Source: a virus. Taken from it: DNA of 64,000 bases. Position 1 is the first letter of the stretch. The number at the start of each line of letters is the position of its first letter. Shown in pieces: positions 1 to 8,932 of the stretch. Below the pieces are notes generated by a model. That model was not told the origin of the DNA. It made no database searches and worked only from the letters and a program-made list of their open reading frames with translations. A program made the position numbers and the translations under genes. The stretch spans positions 1 through 64,000 of IMG/VR virus record IMGVR_UViG_3300016643_000133; one strand, written 5' to 3'.

Positions 1-80
1 TTCATACCTTTACTGGTGATGGAACATTTACTACTAATAGCAATTTTGGTGTTACTCTTTCTGGATATTCAATTAATTAA
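1..80 (+). CDS. 3' end of a glycine-rich fibre/structural protein (partial)
   Basis: Frame from position 3 reads HTFTGDGTFTTNSNFGVTLSGYSIN* (TAA 78-80); HTFTxxGTF is typical of phage glycine-rich domain C-termini. Confidence 0.55.
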   Translation, partial: HTFTGDGTFTTNSNFGVTLSGYSIN

Positions 81-124
81 TACTAAATATTCTATATCAT
101 TAACTGACTGGAGAGTTTTACAAC

Positions 125-745
125 ATGATTCCACAATTTGCCGTTGACGGTGTTTTTCCAACACCAGTTCTTTCATCTAATATTGGTCGACCATGGACCG
201 AGAAAGAACTAGCACTCTTTGACTATCACAGTCAACATACCCACAACAATATGGGTAACACAACTTCCAATGACCGATATGTTCTCAATGCACCTGAAGC
301 AAAAGGTATATTAGAGTTCATTTCAAAAGGTATTCAACATTGGGTCAATACGGTAATGTGTCCTAAAAATCCAATTCAGATGTATGTGACACAATCTTGG
401 TTAAACTTTACCAAGCCAGGTGAATATCATCATACACACGAACATCCAAATTCAATCATTTCTGGTGTTCTTTATATCGATGCTGACTATGAGAATGACA
501 AGATTGTTTTTCATAGAGCCAATCGATATCAGCAAATAAAATTTGACTCAACTGAGTATAACTGGTTTAACTCTGAATCTTGGTTCTTCAAAGTCAAAAC
601 TGGTGACTTAAAACTATTTCCATCTTCTTTAACTCATAATGTAGAACAAAAACAAGGAGACAATGTTCGTTGCTCTCTTGCTTTTAACACATTTGCCAAA
701 GGGTATTTTGGTTCAGAAGAAACTCTGACCGCACTTCATCTGTAG
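125..745 (+). CDS. 2OG-Fe(II) oxygenase (TIGR02466-like)
   Basis: HxH motif (HHTHEHPNS), SGVLY, LFPSSLTHNV, RCSLAFN; ACTAAATA late-promoter variant at 82-89. Confidence 0.85.
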   Translation: MIPQFAVDGVFPTPVLSSNIGRPWTEKELALFDYHSQHTHNNMGNTTSNDRYVLNAPEAKGILEFISKGIQHWVNTVMCPKNPIQMYVTQSWLNFTKPGEYHHTHEHPNSIISGVLYIDADYENDKIVFHRANRYQQIKFDSTEYNWFNSESWFFKVKTGDLKLFPSSLTHNVEQKQGDNVRCSLAFNTFAKGYFGSEETLTALHL

Positions 746-764
746 TTGCCTAAAAGCATGCTGG

Positions 765-772
765 TATAAATA
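765..772 (+). promoter_or_regulatory. T4-type late promoter TATAAATA
   Basis: Exact gp55 consensus upstream of the HNH gene; gp55 is encoded in the window. Confidence 0.85.
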
Positions 773-774
773 AA

Positions 775-845
775 GGTGCCTGTCACGGTGCGTCAACACC
801 TACAGGCTCTATGTCTATAACTATAACAACAGGAGACACAGCATG
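775..845 (+). ncRNA. Structured 5' leader, copy 1 (bulged hairpin plus SD-containing hairpin)
   Basis: GCCTGT/ACAGGC, GGTG/CACC and TGTCT/AGACA stems; covaries with the copy at 39000-39060 on the - strand. Confidence 0.7.
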
Positions 846-1541
846 TCTATTTATTTTCCTATTCAAAACAAGTATTATCGTTGGTATCAAAACTTAGTTC
901 AAAAAGCTAAGAACAGACAACTTGATAATACTGTCTATACAGAAAAACACCATATTTTGCCAAAATGTCTTGGCGGCAATGATACCGCCGAGAATCTTGT
1001 ATCATTAACCTTACGAGAACACTATATTGCTCATTTGCTTCTATCTAAATTTTATGAAGATGAAGCAGGTAGAAAAATGCATTATGCCATGTGGATAATG
1101 CTTCTTCAACAAAAGAAAAGAGGTTCTAGAGTTTTTGAAATGTATAGAACAAAATATATTGAAACCTCTCTCAAAACTCAAATAATTACTGATGAATTTA
1201 GGCAAAATGTTTCTAAAGCTTTAACTGGTAAAAAGAAAACAAAAACTTCAAAATTATTGGCCAAATATGAACGGATGAAGAATGAGATGTGTGGTAGTGG
1301 AAATCATATGTTTGGAAAGAAACAATCAGAAGAAACAAAGAAAAAGATATCAGAAAAAGCAAAAGGTAGAAAACAATCAAAAGAAACAATACAAAAAAGA
1401 GTTTCTAAGTTAAAGGGTAAAAAGAAGAATGATACTCATGTTGGCGAAAAAAATCCAATGTTTGGCAAAAAACACTCACAGGAAACCAAGAAAAAAATAG
1501 GCGAATTAAGTAGGCAAAGATGGCAAAACATAAATAGATGA
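843..1541 (+). CDS. HNH homing endonuclease with NUMOD3 repeats
   Basis: EKHHILPKCLGG...NLVSLTLREHYIAH HNH core; NPMFGKKHSQETKKKI NUMOD3 motifs. Confidence 0.9.
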   Translation: MSIYFPIQNKYYRWYQNLVQKAKNRQLDNTVYTEKHHILPKCLGGNDTAENLVSLTLREHYIAHLLLSKFYEDEAGRKMHYAMWIMLLQQKKRGSRVFEMYRTKYIETSLKTQIITDEFRQNVSKALTGKKKTKTSKLLAKYERMKNEMCGSGNHMFGKKQSEETKKKISEKAKGRKQSKETIQKRVSKLKGKKKNDTHVGEKNPMFGKKHSQETKKKIGELSRQRWQNINR

Positions 1542-1562
1542 TAAAACACCAGGAGAATTAAA

Positions 1563-1895
1563 ATCGCAGCGTATTCCGAGTTAAATATTGAGCAATATTC
1601 AACTTTTTCTACAACTGTCAATGTTGAAGATTCAGCTGGTGCAGCTGTAAACCTTCAAGGCTATACTGCTGCATCACAAATTCGCAAATCTTATTATTCA
1701 ACAACTGCTAATAGTTTTACCACTACTGTAACAGGTATAGCAAATGGTGAAATTACTTTGGCAATGACTGCGGCTAACACAGCAAACTTAACTCCTGGAA
1801 GATATTTGTATGACTTGGTCATTACTGCGCCAACAGGCACAAAGACCAGAGTTGTAGAAGGAATTGTTAATGTTCTTGCTGGAGTAACGCAGTAA
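1563..1895 (+). CDS. Virion structural protein with non-canonical ATC start (missing from the ORF track)
   Basis: SD AGGAG 1551-1555; ATC GCA GCG TAT... open to TAA 1893-1895 (110 aa, AAYSELNIEQYSTF...QIRKSYYS...RYLYDL...RVVEG); in-frame TAA at 1542; CATAAATA at 1529-1536. Confidence 0.75.
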   Translation: MAAYSELNIEQYSTFSTTVNVEDSAGAAVNLQGYTAASQIRKSYYSTTANSFTTTVTGIANGEITLAMTAANTANLTPGRYLYDLVITAPTGTKTRVVEGIVNVLAGVTQ

Positions 1896-2143
1896 TGGCA
1901 ATTACAGCAAGAATTAATACCCAAGGTTCAATTGGTCGTGCTACAATTAAGTCAAACCCAAAGACAACAATTGCAGCTGATACCTTTGCACCAAAACCAA
2001 ATATTGCTTTAGCTGAAATTAATGATGTTAGCACAACAGGTGTGCAAGACGGTGACGCTATTGTTTTCAACTCAGCTACAAACAGATATGAAACTAGAAC
2101 AGTAACCGCATCAGTCACCGAAGTCATTGGAGGCACCTTTTAA
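1895..2143 (+). CDS. Small structural protein
   Basis: TAATG overlap with the previous gene; LAEINDV..DGDAIVFNS fibre-type motif; ends GGTF. Confidence 0.7.
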   Translation: MAITARINTQGSIGRATIKSNPKTTIAADTFAPKPNIALAEINDVSTTGVQDGDAIVFNSATNRYETRTVTASVTEVIGGTF

Positions 2144-3676
2144 ATGGCCAATACCGTAATTCAACTAAAATACTCTACCGTAACTGCAACGCCTACCTCG
2201 TTGAATGTTGCGGAACCAGCGTATTCATATACAAGTAATACTTTATTCATAGGTTCACCAGCAGGCACGGGTGCTATAGCAATCGGTGGTCAATTCTACA
2301 TGGACAAGTTCCAGCGTGGATATGACCATGCAAATGCTGCCTTTGATGCTGCAAATACTGGCACTCAAGCACAACTAGCTTTTGCTCAGGCAAATGCGGC
2401 GTTTATAACTGCTAATGCTTCGTTTATAGCGGCCAACTCAGCAGGTGTTTACGCTAATGGCGCTTTTGTTGCAGCCAACACAGCAGATGATAAAGGCACT
2501 TCAGCAGGCATCTACGCAAACGGTGCTTTTGCTGCAGCTAACTCAGCAGGTTCTTATGCAAATTCAGCCTTTGCAGTTGCTAATAATTCTGCTGGCGTAA
2601 ACCTAACACAAAATAACTCTATCACAGCCGCATTTACTGCCGCTAATTCAGCTGGTGTTTATGCTAACGGTGCCTTTGCTCGTGCTAATAATTCTCTTAA
2701 TGCAAATACTGGTGGTACAATTTCTGGTGACTTAACTGTTACTGGTAATCTTATTGTTACTGGCACAGAAATTATTCAGAATGTTAGCACGATTGCAGTT
2801 GAAGATTCTCTGTTTGAACTTGCAACAAACAACGCTGGCGATGGTTTAGACATTGGTTTCTTTGGTCAATATGTTTCTGGTGGCACAAAATACACCGCAG
2901 TTTATCGTGACCATGATGATGGCAAGTTTAGAATTTTAATTGATGGCACAGAAAAACCAACTGCTGGCAATACTGTTAATGCTCAAGCATTTTCAATTGC
3001 AACTGTTATAGCCAATATTGAAGCAAATACTGTTACTATCAATGGTCAAAACATTGCAACATATGCGACAGGTGCTTACAATCATGCTAATGCAGCATTT
3101 GCTTCTGCCAATAACATTGATGGCATAAACACAACACAAAACAATAGCATCACGGCCGCATTTACTGCTGCGAATAGTGCAGGTGTTTATGCTAACGGTG
3201 CCTTTGTTGCAGCAAATACTGCGGACAATAAGGCCACTTCAGCCGGTGTATATGCTAACGGTGCTTTTGTTGCCGCAAATACGGCACAAACTCATGCCAA
3301 TTATGCGTTCAATCATGCTAATGCGGCATTTAACCAAGCAAATACTGATGTTACAAATATCTCAACAACTGCTGGCAATTATGGTATAGTAACTGGTGGT
3401 TTTGCATATATTCCTGGTTTCAAACTTGAGGCAAATGGTCGTATATCACAGGCCAACTCAACGCTGCTACAAGTTGATACCTCAATGATTACCTCTGGTA
3501 CATTCTCTGTTGCAAGAGGTGGTACTGGTGCGGGAACATTTACAAACAATGGCGTTCTGTTGGGACAAGGCACATCTGCGTTTACTACTGCATCATCATC
3601 AACTGAAGGTCATGTATTGACAATTAATAATTCTGGCGTTCCAACCTTTGCACATCTGCAAGGCGGAACATTCTAA
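2144..3676 (+). CDS. Tail fibre-like protein with Ala/Asn repeats
   Basis: N-terminal MANTVIQLKYS; repeated AFxAANSAGVYANG; VARGGTGA motif; ends GGTF. Confidence 0.75.
   Translation: MANTVIQLKYSTVTATPTSLNVAEPAYSYTSNTLFIGSPAGTGAIAIGGQFYMDKFQRGYDHANAAFDAANTGTQAQLAFAQANAAFITANASFIAANSAGVYANGAFVAANTADDKGTSAGIYANGAFAAANSAGSYANSAFAVANNSAGVNLTQNNSITAAFTAANSAGVYANGAFARANNSLNANTGGTISGDLTVTGNLIVTGTEIIQNVSTIAVEDSLFELATNNAGDGLDIGFFGQYVSGGTKYTAVYRDHDDGKFRILIDGTEKPTAGNTVNAQAFSIATVIANIEANTVTINGQNIATYATGAYNHANAAFASANNIDGINTTQNNSITAAFTAANSAGVYANGAFVAANTADNKATSAGVYANGAFVAANTAQTHANYAFNHANAAFNQANTDVTNISTTAGNYGIVTGGFAYIPGFKLEANGRISQANSTLLQVDTSMITSGTFSVARGGTGAGTFTNNGVLLGQGTSAFTTASSSTEGHVLTINNSGVPTFAHLQGGTF
2330..3345 (+). 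repeat. Degenerate 7/14-aa coding repeats, including a duplicated TQNNSITAAFTAANSAGVYANGAF block (~2605-2680 and ~3133-3208)
   Basis: Direct inspection of DNA and translation. Confidence 0.8.
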
Positions 3677-3695
3677 AATATGAAAAGGGGTCGTT

Positions 3696-4160
3696 ATGAG
3701 TGTGGAATTTTCAAACGCTTACCAAGAGATTCTGCTTGATAATCTAGTTGCAATCATCAAGCAGAATTTTGTTTTTCAAACGCAATTAAAACTTGCAGAA
3801 AATTCAGGTAAAGCAAAAGAAGAAATACAGGCAAGATATGATGAATTGATTAGAGCACACGAAACTCTAAAAGATTTTAAAGCCAAAGCAGATGTAAATG
3901 CTTCAGCGCATGAAGAAAAGAGTCGTTTACAAAGTGCTTTAAACGATAATATGAAAAAGAATACGGCACTACAAAAAGATTTAGAAGCAAAAGATACGGA
4001 GATTGCGAGTTTGAAAGAATACATTGATAAACTAGAAACCATCGCAACACCATCTAAGCTTAAGAAATTAAATCCTGATAAGTTTGCCGATGAAAAACCT
4101 GTAGAACAGCCCGCACCTGACCTCTTTGCTATTAAGGCCAATGACGGTAGCTCGTTCTAA
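3696..4160 (+). CDS. Coiled-coil hypothetical protein
   Basis: Heptad-rich E/K/L sequence; ends DGSSF. Confidence 0.7.
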   Translation: MSVEFSNAYQEILLDNLVAIIKQNFVFQTQLKLAENSGKAKEEIQARYDELIRAHETLKDFKAKADVNASAHEEKSRLQSALNDNMKKNTALQKDLEAKDTEIASLKEYIDKLETIATPSKLKKLNPDKFADEKPVEQPAPDLFAIKANDGSSF

Positions 4161-4831
4161 TGTCAAACACAATCATTGAATTACGCCACAGTTATGTTAC
4201 TGGGAATGTTCCTAGTAGCCTAGCTAATGGCGAAATTGCAATCAATACCTACGATGGTAAGTTATTCTATCGTGGCGGCGCTTCTAATACAATTCAAACA
4301 ATTGAGCGATATGAAGGTCCTGCTGGTCTTGACGGTGAAGTTCAATTCAACGATTCTGGTGTTCTTGGTTCTTCTAATAAACTCACATTTAATAAAACTA
4401 CTGGCCTACTTCAGACCACTAATGTTACCGCATCAAATGTAGCAACACAAACTTATATTCAGTTTGGTGACGGCACAAAACAATATACTGCCAACGCAGG
4501 TTCTGGCGGTGGTGGCACAACAGACCAAGTTGCAAGGAATACTGCAAATGCTGCATTTATACACGCCAATGCTGCCTTTGATGCTGCAAATACTGGCGGT
4601 GGTGGTAGTGCAAACTCTTTTGGCCAAGTTGTTGCAAATGTAGGCACAATTCTTGCTACTTCTGCTAATGATTCAATAGAATTTGTTGGTGAATCAGGCA
4701 TTTCTGTTTCATCAAATATTTCTGCAAAAAAAGTTATTGTAAGTGTTCCAGCAGGTTACACTTTTACTACTGCCGACTATGGTTTTGTGTATGATTCTAC
4801 AAATGTAATCTACGATTATGGCACACTATAA
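4160..4831 (+). CDS. Fibre/structural protein
   Basis: IELRHS..VPSSLANGEIAINTYDGKLF N-terminal fibre domain; GEVQFND and IQFGDGT motifs. Confidence 0.7.
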   Translation: MSNTIIELRHSYVTGNVPSSLANGEIAINTYDGKLFYRGGASNTIQTIERYEGPAGLDGEVQFNDSGVLGSSNKLTFNKTTGLLQTTNVTASNVATQTYIQFGDGTKQYTANAGSGGGGTTDQVARNTANAAFIHANAAFDAANTGGGGSANSFGQVVANVGTILATSANDSIEFVGESGISVSSNISAKKVIVSVPAGYTFTTADYGFVYDSTNVIYDYGTL

Positions 4832-4841
4832 ATAAAAGAAT

Positions 4842-5111
4842 ATGGCGACACAAGTTCAACTTAGACGAGGTAATAACACACAGACCCTTGCGTTTACAGG
4901 TGCTGTGGCTGAAATTACTGTAGATACCGATAAAGAAACAGTAGTTGTTCACGATGGTTCAACTGCTGGTGGATTTCCGTTAGCAAGAGAATCGGCTGCA
5001 AATTCAGCATCCTCTTATGCTAACTCAGCATTTATTGCCGCAAATACCGCTCAGGCGGCCGCCACAGCTGCGGCTGGAGATGGTCTTGCATTTGCGATTG
5101 CATTAGGATAA
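4842..5111 (+). CDS. Short structural protein (major tropism determinant N-terminal-like)
   Basis: MATQVQLRRG...FTGAVAEITVDTDK..VVHDGSTAGG; TATAAATA at 4827-4834. Confidence 0.7.
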   Translation: MATQVQLRRGNNTQTLAFTGAVAEITVDTDKETVVVHDGSTAGGFPLARESAANSASSYANSAFIAANTAQAAATAAAGDGLAFAIALG

Positions 5112-5114
5112 AAT

Positions 5115-6068
5115 ATGGCTAAACCAACTACAAGAGCAACATTTAAAGATTACTGCCTGCGCCGATTAGGTTGGCCAGTTATTGACATTAATGTTGACGA
5201 TGACCAGGTAAGTGACAGAATAGATGACGCTTTACAATTCTTTGAAGATTACCATTTTGATGGTGTTGAAGAAATGTACCTTAAACATCAAATTACGGCA
5301 GCTGATATAAACCGTGGTTGGATTTATTGTCCAGATTCCGTCATTTTTGTTACCGCAGTTTTTCCGTTTGACGATTCAAATTCGTCAATCAATATGTTTG
5401 ACTTGCGTTATCAATTACGCTTGCATGACCTCTATGACTTTACATCGGTATCTTATGTGTCGTATGAAATTACCATGCAACATATTCGGTCATTAAATCT
5501 ATTATTTTCTGGCACACCACAATTCAGATTCAATCGTAAACAAAACAAAATCTTTTTAGATATTGATTGGTCAAGAGATTTATTGGTTGGCGATTATGTA
5601 ATTATAAAGTGTTATCGTGCTTTACGGCCAGAAACAGTCACATTAACTGGCACAATGTCTGCAAATACTACTGCAAATACGGTAACTGGAACAGGCACAA
5701 TTTTTGACCAAGAATTATTAGAAAACGATTTCATTACAATTGGTGGTGAAAGTTTGCAAGTTAAAAAAATTAGTTCACCAACATCATTAGAATTACAGGC
5801 ACCTGTAGCTTCAAATTTATCTGGTGTTACTGCAACCGTTACTGGTGTTTCTGATGTTTGGAATGACCGCTTTCTTAAAAAATATGCTACTGCTTTAATT
5901 AAACTTCAATGGGGAAATAACTTGTCTAAATTCTCTGGTATACAAATGCCAGGCGGAGTAACGCTAGACGGTGTTCGTATTGCACAAGAAGCTCGTGAAG
6001 AAATTAAAGAAGTGGAAGAAGATTTATTCCAGTTCAACAGCTTGCCAAGTGAGATTATTACAGGTTAA
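5115..6068 (+). CDS. gp13: Neck protein gp13
   Basis: YCLRRLGWPVIDINVDDDQ; QWGNNLSKF...PGGVTLDG; synteny. Confidence 0.92.
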   Translation: MAKPTTRATFKDYCLRRLGWPVIDINVDDDQVSDRIDDALQFFEDYHFDGVEEMYLKHQITAADINRGWIYCPDSVIFVTAVFPFDDSNSSINMFDLRYQLRLHDLYDFTSVSYVSYEITMQHIRSLNLLFSGTPQFRFNRKQNKIFLDIDWSRDLLVGDYVIIKCYRALRPETVTLTGTMSANTTANTVTGTGTIFDQELLENDFITIGGESLQVKKISSPTSLELQAPVASNLSGVTATVTGVSDVWNDRFLKKYATALIKLQWGNNLSKFSGIQMPGGVTLDGVRIAQEAREEIKEVEEDLFQFNSLPSEIITG

Positions 6069-6073
6069 AATGA

Positions 6074-6964
6074 ATGGCAACCAATGTCTACTTTAACAAT
6101 TATCCAGCAAGCCAGATAACTTCTGAGCAATTGCTCGTGGAAGATTTGGTGATTGAAGCCATGCAAATTTATGGCATGGATGTTTATTACCTTCCTCGTT
6201 CTACCCGTGACCAAGTTGATTATTTGTTTGGTGAAGATACACTTAAACAATATGTCACAGCTTATCCAATTGAAATGTATTTGGAAAATGTTACAGGTAT
6301 GGATGGCGAACAAGATTTTATTTCCAAATTTGGTTTAGAGATTCGTGATGAAATTCAATTGCTTGTTTCTCGCCGAAGATTCGCAGCAACGATTCCTTTA
6401 AATCGCCCACTAGAAGGTGATTTAATATATGTTCCTCTTGTAACTGCATTTTTTGAAATAACTTATGTAGAACACGAAAATGACCAAGCTATGTTCTATA
6501 CTTTAGGCCGTGGTCGTGGTGGTAATGTTTATGTTTATGGTTTAAAACTTAAACAATTTGTGTTTTCTAATGAGATTGTGCAAGTTGGTATTTCTGAAAT
6601 TGATAATCAAATTCGTAATTACTATTCAAAAACAAACATTACACTAGATGCTGGTGGCTCAGGTACTTTTGCCAATGATGAAATTGTTTACATTGGTTCT
6701 AATGTATCAACTGCAACTGCTCAAGCTCTTGTTTACGATTTTATACCAAATTCTTCCATACAAGTTTACAGAACAATTGGAACATTTACACCTGGTTCTA
6801 CATTAAAAGGCAATACCAGTAGCGCACAATGGACAATTGGTACTGCATCTGACTTTACACTTATGGATACTGCGTTTGAAGATATACAAGATAACAACAG
6901 AATTAAAACTGAAGCCAATTCTATTATTGACTTTACTGAAACCAACCCATTTGGTGAACCATAA
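6074..6964 (+). CDS. gp14: Neck protein gp14
   Basis: EQLLVEDLVIEA..YGMDVYYLPR; SKFGLEIRD; NPFGE C-terminus. Confidence 0.92.
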   Translation: MATNVYFNNYPASQITSEQLLVEDLVIEAMQIYGMDVYYLPRSTRDQVDYLFGEDTLKQYVTAYPIEMYLENVTGMDGEQDFISKFGLEIRDEIQLLVSRRRFAATIPLNRPLEGDLIYVPLVTAFFEITYVEHENDQAMFYTLGRGRGGNVYVYGLKLKQFVFSNEIVQVGISEIDNQIRNYYSKTNITLDAGGSGTFANDEIVYIGSNVSTATAQALVYDFIPNSSIQVYRTIGTFTPGSTLKGNTSSAQWTIGTASDFTLMDTAFEDIQDNNRIKTEANSIIDFTETNPFGEP

Positions 6965-8010
6965 TGCTAGGTAAATCTCAATATTATAATCGGTCAATTC
7001 GTAAAATAGTGGTTGCTTTTGGCACACTATTTAAAGACATTCAACTTCAAAGATACACTAAAGATGGTCTTACAGAAAAAGAAATCTTTACTGTACCTTT
7101 ATCATATGCTTCAAAAGAAAGATACCTTACACAGATAACTTCTGACCCTGATTTACTTAAATCAATTAATGTAATGGTACCTCGTATTGCATTTGAGCTT
7201 ACAGGTATGTCATACGATAGTAGTCGTAAGCAACAATCACTTTTACAAAATTTTGCTCAAAACGCTACTAATGGTTTAAACACACAGTATTCTCCTGTGC
7301 CTTATGATTTTAATTTTACAATGTCTATCTTTGTGCGAAACACGGAAGATGGCACACAAATTGTAGAGCAAATTTTACCATTCTTTAAACCAGATTTTAC
7401 TGTTACTGTTGACATGATACCAGGCATGAGTCAAAAATATGATATGCCTGTTATACTAAATTCAGTAAACATGACAACAGATTATGAAGGTGCTCTAAAT
7501 GATGGCACCACTCGTCTAATTATTTGGGACTTAGAGTTTACGGTTAAAAGTTATTTGTGGCCAGCAGTAAACGAAAGTGCTAATGGTTTAATTGGTGCAT
7601 ATAGTACCTTAACTGGTCGTTATGGTCAAGCAAACACTAACATCTACATTGATACACAAAATCGTGATGCACAAAAGATTTATGTGGATTACGCCAACGG
7701 AAATAATTATTTTACCACAGCAGAAACCTTCCGTGTTGACCGAGCAGGTGCGAATGAAATAACTGGTAAAGTAATTTATTTTAGTAACTCATCGTCTGGT
7801 ATAATGATTGTTGGTGAGTTAGATAGTTTATTACAAGCGACCGATGTGATAACAGGTGACTACTCTGGTGCTCGTTATACTGTTTCATCTGTTGATGTTT
7901 CGCCACTTAAAGCTGTTGCAATTGTTACTCAGGCAGTTCCAGCAAATACGGCACCAGATGATGACTTTGGTTTCTCTACTACAATTACAGAATGGCCTGA
8001 TACATTATGA
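6964..8010 (+). CDS. gp15: Tail sheath stabilizer/terminator gp15
   Basis: IRKIVVAFGTLF; QIVEQILPFFKP; synteny. Confidence 0.92.
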   Translation: MLGKSQYYNRSIRKIVVAFGTLFKDIQLQRYTKDGLTEKEIFTVPLSYASKERYLTQITSDPDLLKSINVMVPRIAFELTGMSYDSSRKQQSLLQNFAQNATNGLNTQYSPVPYDFNFTMSIFVRNTEDGTQIVEQILPFFKPDFTVTVDMIPGMSQKYDMPVILNSVNMTTDYEGALNDGTTRLIIWDLEFTVKSYLWPAVNESANGLIGAYSTLTGRYGQANTNIYIDTQNRDAQKIYVDYANGNNYFTTAETFRVDRAGANEITGKVIYFSNSSSGIMIVGELDSLLQATDVITGDYSGARYTVSSVDVSPLKAVAIVTQAVPANTAPDDDFGFSTTITEWPDTL

Positions 8011-8396
8011 AAAAATTAAATGAAAAATTATCTGAAGCTTTAGAAATACAACCAATTCAAATGGAAACAACAGAGGTTGTAGAAGTAAAAGATACTGTTG
8101 AAGATGATGCTGAGTTTGCTAGGCAAAACCTTCGTGACTTAATTGAAAAAGGCAACGATGCAGCAGACCATATTATTTCTGTTGCTAAGCAATCTGACCA
8201 CCCAAGAGCATTTGAGGTGGTAGCAGGTATGTTAAAGAATCTTGCTGATATGAACAAAGACCTATTAGAGGTACAGAAGCGTAAACAAGATTTACAACCA
8301 AAAGTTACCAACAATACACAAAACCTTACAATAGATAAGGCAGTTTTTGTTGGGTCTACGGCAGAATTATTGAAACAACTTAAAGAAAATAAATAA
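8007..8396 (+). CDS. gp16: Terminase small subunit gp16
   Basis: SDHPRAFEVV; VFVGSTAELLK. Confidence 0.92.
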   Translation: MKKLNEKLSEALEIQPIQMETTEVVEVKDTVEDDAEFARQNLRDLIEKGNDAADHIISVAKQSDHPRAFEVVAGMLKNLADMNKDLLEVQKRKQDLQPKVTNNTQNLTIDKAVFVGSTAELLKQLKENK

Positions 8397-8400
8397 TTTA

Positions 8401-8931
8401 ATGTCAAAAAGTTACCAAAAAATTTGGACAGAATCATATGGTAAAATACCAAAAGATGAAAATGGTAATTCTTTTGAAATCCATCATATTGATGGAAATA
8501 GACAAAATAATAATTTGAAAAATCTTATATGTTTGTCTATAAAAGACCATTATAAAATACATTGGCAACAAAAAGATTATTATGCTTGTCTTTTGATTAG
8601 TAAAAGAATGAACATGAGTGAAAATGAAAAACAAAAGTTAAAAGATAAAATTATTGAATCAAATAAAACAAGAATAATATCTGAAAATTTGAAAAAGAAG
8701 ATGTCTGAAGGTATGAAAAAAGCTAAAACCGGATGGATACCTTCAAAAGAAACAAGAAAAATATGGAGTGAGCAACGCAAAGGCAAAGAGCCTGGAAATA
8801 AAGGTAAAAAATATAAATTGGAAAATTATCCTAAAAATAGAAAAAGTAGAGGTCCTTTGTCTCCAGAAACAATTGCTAAAATGAGTTTAGCAAGAAAACT
8901 CTGGCACGAACAAAGAAAACAAGGAAATTAA
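8401..8931 (+). CDS. HNH homing endonuclease with NUMOD3-like C-terminus
   Basis: EIHHIDGNRQNN..NLICLSIKDHYKIH; basic tail; inserted between gp16 and dps/gp17. Confidence 0.85.
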   Translation: MSKSYQKIWTESYGKIPKDENGNSFEIHHIDGNRQNNNLKNLICLSIKDHYKIHWQQKDYYACLLISKRMNMSENEKQKLKDKIIESNKTRIISENLKKKMSEGMKKAKTGWIPSKETRKIWSEQRKGKEPGNKGKKYKLENYPKNRKSRGPLSPETIAKMSLARKLWHEQRKQGN

Positions 8932-8932
8932 A

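Noticed and set aside
2605-3208. Duplicated ~75-nt block in the fibre gene as a DGR template/variable repeat or CRISPR
   Set aside because: Differences are synonymous and not adenine-specific; no reverse transcriptase, spacers or cas genes in the window
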